Source: Vitrella brassicaformis CCMP3155
Lineage: Eukaryota; Protista; Chromerida
Assembly: GCA_001179505.1 (NCBI GenBank)
Contig: CDMY01000744.1
Span: forward strand, 1 to 25,226
Direction of reading: 5' to 3'
Length of the DNA: 25,226 nt
The notes under the pieces were generated by a model. That model made no database searches. It saw only the letters and a program-made list of their open reading frames with translations, and had not been told where the DNA came from. The position numbers were made by a program, and so were the translations under genes. This document shows positions 1-10,878 of the stretch, piece after piece; the first letter of the stretch is position 1, and every line of letters starts with the position of its first letter.

Positions 1-1350
1 AGCTGGTAGTGTCTCCACACGTATGGCAGCGTCACAGCGGTGCAGCCGAGATATGCCGCCGGCAGGATGGCGCTCGCCGCCGTAATGCCCATTTCCCCCT
101 CTCTCACTGGTAGCGCCATCTGTCGTCGCTGCGGCTCGGTGGTGTCCTCCTCTCCCAGCCCGTGGATGGCGATGGTTGCATTCATGACCTCCTCATCTCT
201 CAGTAGCGCCGTGACCTCGGTGGTTGAAGGGCGCTGGGGAAGGAGACGAAGCCAGTAATACAGCCGTGGGACTGCGCAGGAGCGGAAGAGGAGCGATGAG
301 TCTTGCCGCTGCTCGTGTGCGAACGCCTTGAGTCGTTTGATGAGGGGGCGGTGGGAGTCGAGGACGCTCTGCAGCTTCTTAGCGACATAGCCGTCCGTCC
401 CTGTTGCTCCACCCAGAATGTCAATGCCCTCATCCGAGAGCCCCTCCCTCTCAAAGCCAGGCAGCAGGTCGTCCGGTGGTGGCTCGCTGTCCGTCCAGTG
501 GGGGCCGTACGCCTTGCTCTTCCTGGCCAGCTTGAGGCTGATAGTCTGCAGCTCTTCCTCCGCCTTGTCCACCACCCCGTCTGCCTCACTCTCGTCGGCC
601 CGCGGTGTGATGTCGTCCATGAAGGCTTGTATGAGGGCGCGTGGAAAGCTGGCTCGGATGGCCTTGAGTACTGGCTGGAGGGCCAGACAGAAGAGGAAGG
701 GGCCGGCCGGGTCTCCTTGCTGAGTGCCTTGCTGGCTCAAAATGGTCCTCACTCTGCCGTCTGCGAGTCGATACCACAGCTCCGCCGGCTCTCCATAGAA
801 CTCCCAGAGGAAGTGAAAGAGCTCAGGGAACTGGCTGGCGAGCTCGTTGACGATCGCCTGACGGTCCACCTCGTTGAAGGCGTTCGTGCAATCCAGCCCC
901 ATAAGCAGTCGCTTCTCGCCCTCCCTCCGGCTCTGAATGAAGGTCTCGGCGGCCTTGAAGAGCTTCTCGTTGCCTGCTGGGGTGCCGACTGCGCACTGGA
1001 GAGGGGCGAAGTAGGCGGCCATCTTGTTTTTGTGCTGCATGCACACTGCTCTCGTCACCCATCGCCGCACTGCATCCCCCACCGCCACCGGCCGCACCTT
1101 GCCGTGCCCTTTCGTTAGTGCCATCAGGTTCGCGGTGCCGAGCAGCTTGGTGACAAGCTGTGGGAGCTTCGCGCTCAGCAGCCGTCTGATGATCTTGGGG
1201 AAGGGGATGCGCTCCTCTCCCTGCCGGAGCCCATGCTTCGACAAGTTGAGGTAGCCCAGCAGATGCTCGAACCGCCAGCCGGACGGCCCTGGTGCTGCGC
1301 CTTTTGCTGCTGAGCGGAGTGCCTTCGCGAGCATCTTGGGTGGGACGTCG
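1..1350 (-). CDS. Reverse transcriptase ORF, segment 1 (partial, open at both ends)
   Basis: Hand translation is stop-free from DVPPKMLAKALRSAAKGAAPGPSG (1349) through AFMDDITPR to AAYLGCTAVTLPYVWRHYQ at the window edge. Not in the ORF track, probably because it has no stop inside the window. Confidence 0.85.
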
Positions 1351-1650
1351 NNNNNNNNNNNNNNNNNNNNNNNNNNNNNNNNNNNNNNNNNNNNNNNNNN
1401 NNNNNNNNNNNNNNNNNNNNNNNNNNNNNNNNNNNNNNNNNNNNNNNNNNNNNNNNNNNNNNNNNNNNNNNNNNNNNNNNNNNNNNNNNNNNNNNNNNNN
1501 NNNNNNNNNNNNNNNNNNNNNNNNNNNNNNNNNNNNNNNNNNNNNNNNNNNNNNNNNNNNNNNNNNNNNNNNNNNNNNNNNNNNNNNNNNNNNNNNNNNN
1601 NNNNNNNNNNNNNNNNNNNNNNNNNNNNNNNNNNNNNNNNNNNNNNNNNN
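1351..1650. other. Assembly gap, 300 N
   Basis: N run counted; same length as the other two gaps. Confidence 0.99.
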
Positions 1651-3109
1651 GTCACAGCGGTGCAGCCGAGATATGCCGCCGGTAGGATGGCGCTCGCCGC
1701 CGTGATGCCCATTCCCCCCTCTCTCACTGGCAGCGCCATCTGTCGTCGCTGCGGCTCGGTGGTGTCCTCCTCTCCCAGCCCGTGGATGGCGATGGTTGCA
1801 TTCATGACCTCCTCATCTCTCAGTAGCGCCGTGACCTCGGTGGTTGAAGGGCGCTGGGGAAGGAGACGAAGCCAGTAATACAGCCGTGGGACTGCGCAAG
1901 AGCGGAAGAGGAGCGATGAGTCCTGCTGCTGCTCGTGTGCGAACGCCCTGAGTCGTTCGATGAGGGGGCGGTGGGAGTCGAGGACGCTCTGCAGCTTGTT
2001 AGCGACGTAGCTGTCCGTCCCTGTTGCCCCGCGTAAGATGTCAATGCCCTCACCCGAGAGCCCCTCCCTCTCAAAGCCAGGCAGCAGGTCGTCCGGTGGT
2101 GGCTCGCTGTCCGTCCAGTGGGGGCCGTACGCCTTGCTCTTCCTGGCCAGCTTGAGGCTGATAGTCTGCAGCTCTTCCTCCGCCTTGTCCACCACCCCGT
2201 CTGCCTCACTCTCGTCGGCCCGCGGTGTGATGTCGTCCATGAAGGCTTGTATGAGGGCGCGTGGAAAGCTGGCTCGGATGGCCTTGAGTACTGGCTGGAG
2301 GGCCAGACAGAAGAGGAAGGGGCCGGCCGGGTCTCCTTGCTGAGTGCCTTGCTGGCTTAAAATGGTCCTCACTCTGCCGTCTGCGAGTCGATACCACAGC
2401 TCCGCCGGCTCTCCATAGAACTCCCAGAGGAAGTGAAAGAGCTCAGGGAACTGGCTGGCGAGCTCGTTGACGATCGCCTGACGGTCCACCTCGTTGAAGG
2501 CGTTCGTGCAATCCAGCCCCATAAGCAGTCGCTTCTCGCCCTCCCTCCGGCTCTGAATGAAGGTCTCGGCGGCCTTGAAGAGCTTCTCGTTGCCTGCTGG
2601 GGTGCCGACTGCGCACTGGAGAGGGGCGAAGTAGGCGGCCATCTTGTTTTTGTGCTGCATGCACACTGCTCTCGTCACCCATCGCCGCACTGCATCCCCC
2701 ACCGCCACCGGCCGCACCTTGCCGTGCCCTTTCGTTAGTGCCATCAGGTTCGCGGTGCCGAGCAGCTTGGTGACAAGCTGTGGGAGCTTCGCGCTCAGCA
2801 GCCGTCTGATGATCTTGGGGAAGGGGATGCGCTCCTCTCCCTGCCGGAGCCCATGCTTCGACAAGTTGAGGTAGCCCAGCAGATGCTCGAACCGCCAGCC
2901 GGACGGCCCTGGTGCTGCGCCTTTTGCTGCTGAGCGGAGTGCCTTCGCGAGCATCTTGGGTGGGACGTCAAGTGCCTCGGGCTCCACGTTGACGTCCGGC
3001 TTGGTGACGGGCGTGTTGCGTGAGGGGTGGAGGGCTTGCAGCTTGGCGTATGTCTCCTCCGTGGCTGGGGCGACTGGGGTGGAGTCCAGCTTCTTGGCCG
3101 CTCGTGTGA
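1651..3109 (-). CDS. Reverse transcriptase ORF, segment 2 (partial, bounded by gaps)
   Basis: 1651-2970 aligns to 31-1350 (offset 1620). Substitutions cluster in the first ~420 bp, then near-identity. I saw no stop in the RT frame; CGA (Arg) at 3104-3102. Confidence 0.85.
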
Positions 3110-3409
3110 NNNNNNNNNNNNNNNNNNNNNNNNNNNNNNNNNNNNNNNNNNNNNNNNNNNNNNNNNNNNNNNNNNNNNNNNNNNNNNNNNNNNNNNNNNN
3201 NNNNNNNNNNNNNNNNNNNNNNNNNNNNNNNNNNNNNNNNNNNNNNNNNNNNNNNNNNNNNNNNNNNNNNNNNNNNNNNNNNNNNNNNNNNNNNNNNNNN
3301 NNNNNNNNNNNNNNNNNNNNNNNNNNNNNNNNNNNNNNNNNNNNNNNNNNNNNNNNNNNNNNNNNNNNNNNNNNNNNNNNNNNNNNNNNNNNNNNNNNNN
3401 NNNNNNNNN
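3110..3409. other. Assembly gap, 300 N
   Basis: N run counted. Confidence 0.99.
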
Positions 3410-4936
3410 CGTCCAGTGGGGGCCGTACGCCTTGCTCTTCTTCCTGGCCAGCTTGAGGCTGATAGTCTGCAGCTCTTCCTCCGCCTTGTCCACCACCCCG
3501 TCTGCCTCGCTCTCGTCGACCCTCAATGTGATGTCGTCCATGAAGGCTTGTATGAGGGAGCGTGGAAAGCTGGCTTGGATGGCCTTGAGTACTGGCTGGA
3601 GGGCCAGACAGAAGAGGAAGGGGCCGGTCGGGTCTCCTTGCTGAGTGCCTTGCTGGCTCAGGATGGTCCTCACTCTGCCGTCTGCGAGTCGATACCACAG
3701 CTCCGCCGGCTCTCCATAGAACTGCCAGAGAAAGTGAAAGAGCTCGGGGAACTGGCTGGCGAGCTCGCTGACGATCGCCTGACGGTCCACCCTGTTGAAG
3801 GCGTTCGTGCAATCCAGCGTTATGAGCGGTCGCTTTTCGCCCTCCCTCCGGCTCTGGATGAATGTCTCGGCGGCCTTGAAGAGCTTCTCGTTGCCCGCTG
3901 GGGTGCCGACTGCGCACTGGAGAGGGGCGAAGTAGGCGGCCACCTTGTTTTTGTGCTGCGTGCACACTGCTCTCGTCACCCATCGCCGCACTGCATCCCC
4001 CACCGCCACCGGCCGCACCTTGTCGTGCCCTTTCGTTAGTGCCATCAGGTTCGCGGTGCCGAGCAGCTTGGTGACAAGCTGTGGGAGCTTCGCGCTCAGC
4101 AGCCGTCTGATGATCTTGGGGAAGGGGATGCGCTCCTCTCCCTGCCGGAGCCCATGCTTCGACAAGTTGAGGTAGCCCAGCAGATGCTCGAACCGCCAGC
4201 CGGACGGCCCTGGTGCTGCGCCTTTTGCTGCTGAGCGGAGTGCCTTCGCGAGCATCTCGGGTGGGACGTCGAGTGCCTCGGGCTCCACGTTGACGTTCGG
4301 CTTGGTGACGGGCGTGTTGCGTGAGGGGTGGAGGGCTTGCAGCTTGGCGTATGTCTCCTCCGTGGCTGGGGCGACTGGGGTGGAGTCCAGCTTCTTGGCC
4401 GCTCATGTGAATTCCCCAAGCTCCACTAGCCGCTTGGCTGTCATGAAGGCCCTCTGCGTTGCCGTGTCGTGGGTGGGGTGGGCGGGTGTGGGGTGGATGG
4501 CCGGTGTCGTCTCGGTGCTCTTTGGTGCGAAATCGGCCCCCTCGCGTAGCAGCAGCTCCCATTCCCCCTCCCAAAACAGCCGAAATCTTCGCTCCCACTT
4601 TCTCCTCCCTCCCGCCCCTCCTCTCTTGGTTGGGAACAGCAGCAACGAAGGGATGTACAGAAACAGGAGGAACCCGTCGTCCAGCTGGTTGGTGTCGCCG
4701 TCGGGGCTGACCAGCGCGTCTGCCGCCTCCATCACGTCAGCCATGTCGATCCTTGCCTGTAGGGGGATCCTTGCCTCCGTCGGGATGCCCATGCGCCAGG
4801 CCGCCGAGTGCTGCTCCTCTGTGCGGTTCCTCAGGAGCGCCAGCCCTCTCTCCGGGATCGTCTTGGTCGGCCCACGCGTTGCCAGATCTGCCCGTCTGCG
4901 GGATCTTTGAGCTCGCAACCGCAAAACTCTGGAAGA
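3410..4936 (-). pseudogene. Retrotransposon ORF segment 3 (N-terminal region plus RT core), interrupted by an in-frame TGA
   Basis: Track ORFs 4403..4924 and 2795..4288 are in the same frame, separated by TGA at 4405-4403 (GEFT*AAKKLDS). Segment 2 has CGA at the homologous codon. Has a 3-nt insertion relative to segments 1/2 (LARKKSK vs LARKSK). Confidence 0.8.
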
Positions 4937-5042
4937 CTACCGTATCGGTCCGCCCGGACCACCGCAGAGCCGGCAGTATGATGATAAGTTGAATCCCAGG
5001 TGACCTCCCCGTCTGTCAAAACGCGGCCCTCCCCGCACCGTC

Positions 5043-8000
5043 ATGTTCTACACGCCGGACGTCACGCCGGACACGCAGAAGGCCTCCCCAGACTATGAAG
5101 ATGCACCGGCATTCTTCTCTGCACCAAACACACCACCAGGCGGGCAGCCGGCCAGCCTCTCGGCCAAGGCATCCTGGCTTCCCACCATCACGGCCGGTGT
5201 TGGGTTTCTGACGGATGCGTATGACCTGTTCGTCATCGATATCGTCCTGCTGGTGCTGGCCAGCATCGACGCCAGCCAGAGCGCCGCGGACAGGGGCCTC
5301 GTTGCGTCGGCCATGAGTGAGATCCGATCCACACAGACAGACAAGGCGTTTTCTCCCTCTCTCTGTGGGAATGTTCTATGTCAGTTGTGGGGACACTCAT
5401 CGGGCAGACCACCTTCGGCCTGCTGGCCGACATCCTTGGCCGGCACAACCTCTTCCGCACCACCCCCATCCTGCTGGCAGGCGGGGCCCTGCTGTCTGCC
5501 TGCGTCACATGGGCGGGGCCCGTGTCGCTGTACACGAAGCTGGCGGCGTGTCGGCTGCTGCTGGGTGTAGGCGTGGGAGGGGAATACCCTTTGGCTGCCA
5601 CTGTCACGTCAGGTAAAGTACCGACGGGAGGGGGGAGGGAGGGCACACGGCTTATGTTGGTGTGTGGGTGTGGGGTTCAGAGACGTCCGATACCGCTCAC
5701 CGTGGGCGGGCTCTCGCGGCGGTGTTCGCCATGCAGGGCGTGGGCATGGCGCTGTCGCCCCTGCTGGTGCTGGTCCTCCTCTCCCTCCCCCCGCCCCTCT
5801 CCCTCCCCCCCGATCTCATCTGGCGCATCGCTCTCGCCGTCGGGGCCCTCCCCGCCATAGCCATCATCTACTACCGATGGACGCTCCCAGAGACTGCCCT
5901 ATTCAACAAGGCCCACGAGGACACCAAAACCAGCCCTTTTCGGCACCAGAGGCGGCTGTTCGTCCGATACCGGGGCGCGCTGCTCAGCACGTGTCTCAAC
6001 TGGTTCCTTCTCGACGTGACCTTCTACGGAATGGGGAGCTTCAAGACGGCCGTCGGGGCCTCCCTGGGCTTCTCGCTCGGCGTGACGGGCGGCATCATGT
6101 CTGAGGCGTGGTTCGCTTTGATGGTGGCGGGCTTGGCGATGCCGGGGTACGTGCTGGCGGTGGTTTATGCCGAGAGGATTGGGTATCGGCGGCTGCAGCT
6201 ATTCGGATTTGGGATGATGGGCCTGTGCTTCGTGCTGCTGGGCATCGAGCAGTACGCTGGCGGCCAGCGGCCGGCGATAGAGTTGGTGCGTGATTCGAGG
6301 GAATCCGTGGACAGGGAGAGAGTGTCATGCCATGTGGCCATTTGTTTTTTATCTAATTGCAGGTGTTGTTTGGACTGACGTTTTTGTTCTCTAACTTCGG
6401 ACCCAACACGACCACCTTCCTGCTGCCCACACAGATATACCCGACGCTCATCAGGGCATCATGCCAGTAACCACACACAGAGATCTTACGACCAGGCAGA
6501 CAACTAAAAACCCCCCTCTGCTGCCCCTGTCTTGTTCTGTTTTGTTTTGCTCTCTTCAGTGGCATTTCAGCGGCGAGCGGCAAGCTCGGTGCCGTCCTGG
6601 GCTCCGCCATGTTCGCCCCCCTGCAGCAGTCCATCGGCCTTCCCTCCCTTCTGCTGTGCTGCGCCGCCGTGGCCCTCCTCGGCCATCTCGCCACACTCAC
6701 TCTCACACCCCTCTCTGCCAATCATCCCGAGCAGTTGTTCGACCACCTCGATGACGAGACCACGGCGCTCAACAACCACAACAATCGTGGCGGTGGAAAG
6801 GATCACCAGCACCGGCACCAGCAGAGGACGGCGGGAGGGGCAGATAGGAGCGGGGGGGATGGTGGGAAAAGGGGGGAGAGGGACGGGCAGCAGCAGCAGC
6901 AGGATGGGAGCGGGTCGAGCGCTGCGGGAGGGTCAACTGCGGGAGCGTCAACTGGTGAAACGTCCTCAGAGGCCACCGGTGCGCAAGCAGGTGTGCACAA
7001 CAGAAAGGAACGAACGAACGAAAGGGCCACACGACACACATATTTGCTTTCCGGTCTCGTCTCCAGGCATTCACTCTGCCAGGGCCTCCGCTTTGCTCCC
7101 TTCCCGCCCCATGTGGAGCGGTCTGATCCCGCAGGGGTTCCTCAGCGCGCAGGTGACGCAGCAGAGTGCATATGGGTACACCCCATACGGATACCCGCAG
7201 CAGAAACCCAAGCAGCAGGAGCCGGCGGGGAGCAGCTGGTCTGCACGTATGCGATGGGGAAAGTGATTGATGGCCACACAGAGGGGGGAGATCTGATTGT
7301 GTGTGCGTGTGTCCGTTGGTCAGGTGGTGGCTCGTCGACGAATACCACGCTGCCGTCTCAGCCAGGGTTGGGGCTGTCGGGCCCTCAAGTGAGCGACCAT
7401 GCGTTTCCTGTAGTCAAATTCCTGCAGCTGAGCTCCCTGGCCTTCAGGGGCGCCATCACGGTGACACCCCCCTGCACATGGCAATGAATGTGTGGATGCA
7501 CGTGTGCGCGCGTGTCTCTCTCTCTGTGTGCTGTTTAGTATGAGGAGGAGCATCAGATGCACAGCAGCGACCCGCTCGTCAAATACCAGATCGTGCACAG
7601 GTGGGCAGACAAGCTGCTGGACCGTCAACTCCCCCCCGCCCCCCTGTGTGTGTCTTATTGGTCAGTTGGCGTCACAATCTGGGCCCTGAGGACGGCAGGC
7701 GGGCTGTAGTTGGATGGAAGGTTCTCTGCACGTACAGAAACAAGCACCAGGTACCTACCTAGGCCGCGGCATGCACCGGATGGACGCATTTGATCTCCCG
7801 ACGTGTCTGTGGGCGGACACACACGTTCAGATGGTATCGTTTTTCTCTGACCGCGATCTGAAGGAGAAGGACCTACAGCGTGTGTTGAGGGACATCGAGA
7901 GCATCGCCATCGATATCATGCGGTGAACGACAACGCACACATACGTCATCGCTTCATGCCTTGATGCATTTTCAGGGGTTCGCTGATAGTGCAAAGCGCC

Positions 8001-8337
8001 GCTACTGAGTCGGAGGACAAATACAGGGCGGCCACACAGCACATCGTGGCGCAGATCGACCAGGGCAGGCTCCCATACACGGTAGAAGAACAACACCAGC
8101 CAGGCCACACAGCAAAGAAAAGGGCTGGGTGTGGTGTGGTGTGGTTTGATTGCGTCACGTCTATGCATCAGGCGCAGTACTTGTCGACGTTTATCTCCGG
8201 CGGCCTGCAGGGCGCCCTCGACCAGCTCAGTGGCCCAAACATCTATGGCCCCACAGCTGCCTTCGCCTCCTCTCTTCATAGCCACGTGAGGCTCAAAGAG
8301 CAGCCACGCGGTCATAAGATGTCTCTCTTCATCTTCA

Positions 8338-8368
<31 letters not shown>

Positions 8369-8492
8369 CATGCAGGCTGTGGCGGCGTCTCTGCTCCGTC
8401 CGTGTGCGAGCGGGTCGTCGACGGCCCACCCACAGGACAGCCGCTCCCTTGCGAGCAGCTCTAGTGGCTCGGCGGCCATGGCCATACTGTGA
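5043..8492 (+). CDS. PHT1/PHO84-like MFS inorganic phosphate transporter with long C-terminal extension (~844 aa model, 13 exons)
   Basis: Motifs [105 protein letters not shown]. Exons 5043-5316, 5385-5612, 5681-6285, 6363-6466, 6560-6990, 7067-7246, 7324-7460, 7539-7600, 7666-7750, 7831-7922, 7976-8081, 8172-8285, 8376-8492; all GT..AG, phase-consistent, total 2535 nt. The MFS part is high confidence; continuity beyond ~6990 is less sure. Confidence 0.85.
8338..8368 (+). repeat. Compound (CT)n(GT)n intronic microsatellite; similar at 14472-14504, 16110-16146 and, as (CA)n(GA)n, 16530-16568
   Basis: Read directly; each lies inside a modelled intron. Confidence 0.95.
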
Positions 8493-8761
8493 GACTCAGA
8501 GGGACAGTTTCGATACAGATGGTTAGATTGTTGGCTGGAGAGAGGGCGGAGTGGATATGGCGTTGCTTGCAACACAAACATCTTCATGTGTCACTCAATG
8601 CACATCACACATGAATGAATCAATGAATTGGGTCCATCTAGCTGTACACACAGCATTCCATTCCATTCCATTCGATCTACCACGGCAGAAATCACAGCAC
8701 CATGCACTACCTAATCGCCGCATCATGCAGGCCCTCCCCCCTCCCTCCCTCTAGCCCTCCA

Positions 8762-10869
8762 TCACTCGACACTGTCCTCTGACATCGTCTCCCAATCACT
8801 ACCACGGGCATCGCTGTCAGCTGAGCCCACGTCCGTGTCGGTGTCACCTCCGTCCGCCGCCAGCAGAAACAGTAAACCTCTCGACTGGACCAACATCACA
8901 CAGACAACATCCATCAGTCGCGACAACAGCCGTGCATTTGGAAAGACATATCACGCAGACACACCCGAATTCGTATGCCTCCGTCGGCATGGTGGGCCAG
9001 CTGCGAAATTCTCCTCTGTCCGTCAGCCTGCACACACAAGAGGCCGACAAGCAGATGTTTGTTTTCGGCTCTCTCTATCGCCTGTGTGTGGCTCACCTGT
9101 TGTATGAGATTGCGGTAGGGGTTCTGTGGGAGGCCGTCGCGCACCTGCACCTGGTGACCCACACTGCATAAAACAAAAAACCACCAACACACGGGGAGGA
9201 TGCCTTATGTGATGGTATGGCTGTGTGCATCTTCGGTGTTGTGACAGAAAGGGTACTCTAGCAACTTGTTGATTGCCACGAGTGCCCCATTGAGTATGAC
9301 GACCTGAGCGCCGTCCACGAGCAGATCACACAGCGGCCCGACGCAACCGCACCCAACCAAATACTCAACCTGAACAGCAATAACGACACGACAGCAGTGC
9401 AGGATGCTGTCAGGTGCTCTTGTGTACCTGCGCCTGCGATCCGCGTCCCACCCCGTGCATGACGGCCCACAGCGCCACTTGCTTGACGCTCGGCACATCA
9501 GTAGTGGCTATGAAGACCAGCTGCGGCACCATGCCTGAGTCGATGACCGCCTGCCGCTGATCACGCGTACCTAAGCAGACGAAGAGAGGCCATCGTCCCC
9601 AATGTGTCTGTTTGTGTGCGTCTTCCTGGCCTCAAACACTCACCTCCCATGATGTTGAAGATGGCAAAACAGGCCTCCTTGCGAATATCCTCGTTGGGTG
9701 ACGACAGCGACGCCTTCAATGCAGCAATGGCGCCACACTCGATGACCACCTGTGTCTGCTCATGAGTGCCTGAGAGCCCACTCACAGACACACACCACCA
9801 AGGCAGCCATGGTTAAGTCGTTCTCATGTCTCTTCCCCAGCCCTCCGTGTATCTATGTACCCCTCGTGATGCCGCCGACAGTCCTCAGTGCATGCCTCTG
9901 GACCTTATGGCTGTCATGTCTCATCAGCTCCACCAATCGGCCGCACACACCACTGTCCACCACCGCTCCGATGCGCTCGTCGCCTCCCTCCTGTGTGAAG
10001 TATGACAGCATCCTGCACCACCCTCTGAGCACTTCGGTGTCCTGGTCAGGCGTCTTGATGAGCTCTGCCACCACCGGCACCGCTGGCGACACCAACTCGA
10101 AGGGCGGCTGGGGATTCTGGCTGAGGTTCGAGAGTGCCCAGGTGGCGGTGCGCAGCATCCACATATCCTTGCTGTCATGCAGCACCTTGAGCAGTGGCTC
10201 CATGACTCCCGCGGCCAACACCAAGTCGCGGGGAAACGGCCCATGGCCCGCAATGTTAGCCAGCGCCCACGCCGCTTCATACTGCAGGTGAGGGCGAGCC
10301 GGATCGGTGAGAACGGCCACCAGTGGCTGAATGACACCCGCGTCGATGATGCCCGGCATGGCGGGCCCCCATTGGATGCACATCAGCAAGCGAAGGGCCA
10401 TGGCGGCGATGAGCTGGATGGATGGATCTCCTTTGCAGATGCCGCTCGATATGACGCCCAGCAGAGATGTCTTGCTGACTCCCAGCCGTCCCTTGTGTGT
10501 CTTGATGGCGATGGTGCAGATGGCGCAAGCCGCCTGGACACGCACATCGAGATGCGGGGACGAGAGCTGCTGCTGGAGTGCGGGCACGACACCAGCCTCA
10601 ATGACGACGTCAGCCTCAGCCGCAGCCATGGCAGCCAGGCATTTGGCGGCCTCGATGGCCGTCGAACGCCAGCAGCTCTTGAGAAGTCTGACCAGCACCG
10701 CCGCGATCAGTGTGGCGTCGATGGCCGCTCGGCTCTCCTTCTTGCCTTTCGCCAGGATCAGTCGTCGGTGCAGCTCGCGGAGGGCATTGACCTTGCTGAG
10801 GGAAAAGGGGCTCGAAAGGCGCTTGATGAGTTGAGGAATGGTCAGCTGCTCGAGGTCCGGCCATATCAT
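8762..10869 (-). CDS. Importin-alpha-derived armadillo-repeat protein (paralog 1), no IBB domain, 7 exons
   Basis: LQYEAAWALANIAG, RDLVLAAGVMEPLL, LRTATWALSNLS, ALRTVGGITRG, IRKEACFAIFNI, YLVGCGCVGPLCDLL and NPYRNLIQQADGQRRISQLAHH follow the importin-alpha motif order. First coding exon 10869-9861; acidic tail ends at TGA 8764-8762. The ATG could lie further upstream (frame open to 10983). Confidence 0.85.
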
Positions 10870-10878
10870 CAATGAAAT

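Larger units (their letters stand above)
1..4980 (-). mobile_element. Non-LTR retrotransposon (CRE/SLACS/Cnl1/MoTeR-like clade) in three overlapping, gap-separated segments; 3' part (expected restriction-like endonuclease) lies left of the window
   Basis: Minus-strand translation shows RT motifs PGPSGWRFEHL, KVRPVAVGDAVRR, PLQCAVGTPAG, LDCTNAFN, GTQQGDP(A/T)GPFLFCLAL and AFMDDIT, then GIDILG, LFRSCAVPRLYYWLR and LPVREG(G/E)MG. Upstream LLLFPTKRGG...RFRLFWEGEW and RLVELGEFTRA..L...LQALHP match the pattern I recall for CRE-clade ORFs. Clade call is by motif recognition only; 5' boundary is approximate. Confidence 0.85.

Noticed and set aside
303-1118. 271-aa plus-strand ORF (and counterparts at 2433-2738 and 3416-4039)
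   Set aside because: Antisense shadows of the GC-rich RT frame; the counterpart in segment 2 is interrupted by a stop and no domain is recognisable.
2795-4288. 497-aa ORF running through the N gap
   Set aside because: Artefact of translating Ns; it joins segment 3 to a wrong frame of segment 2.
10177-10875. 232-aa and 167-aa plus-strand ORFs opposite importin paralog 1
   Set aside because: Antisense shadow ORFs with biased composition and no motifs.
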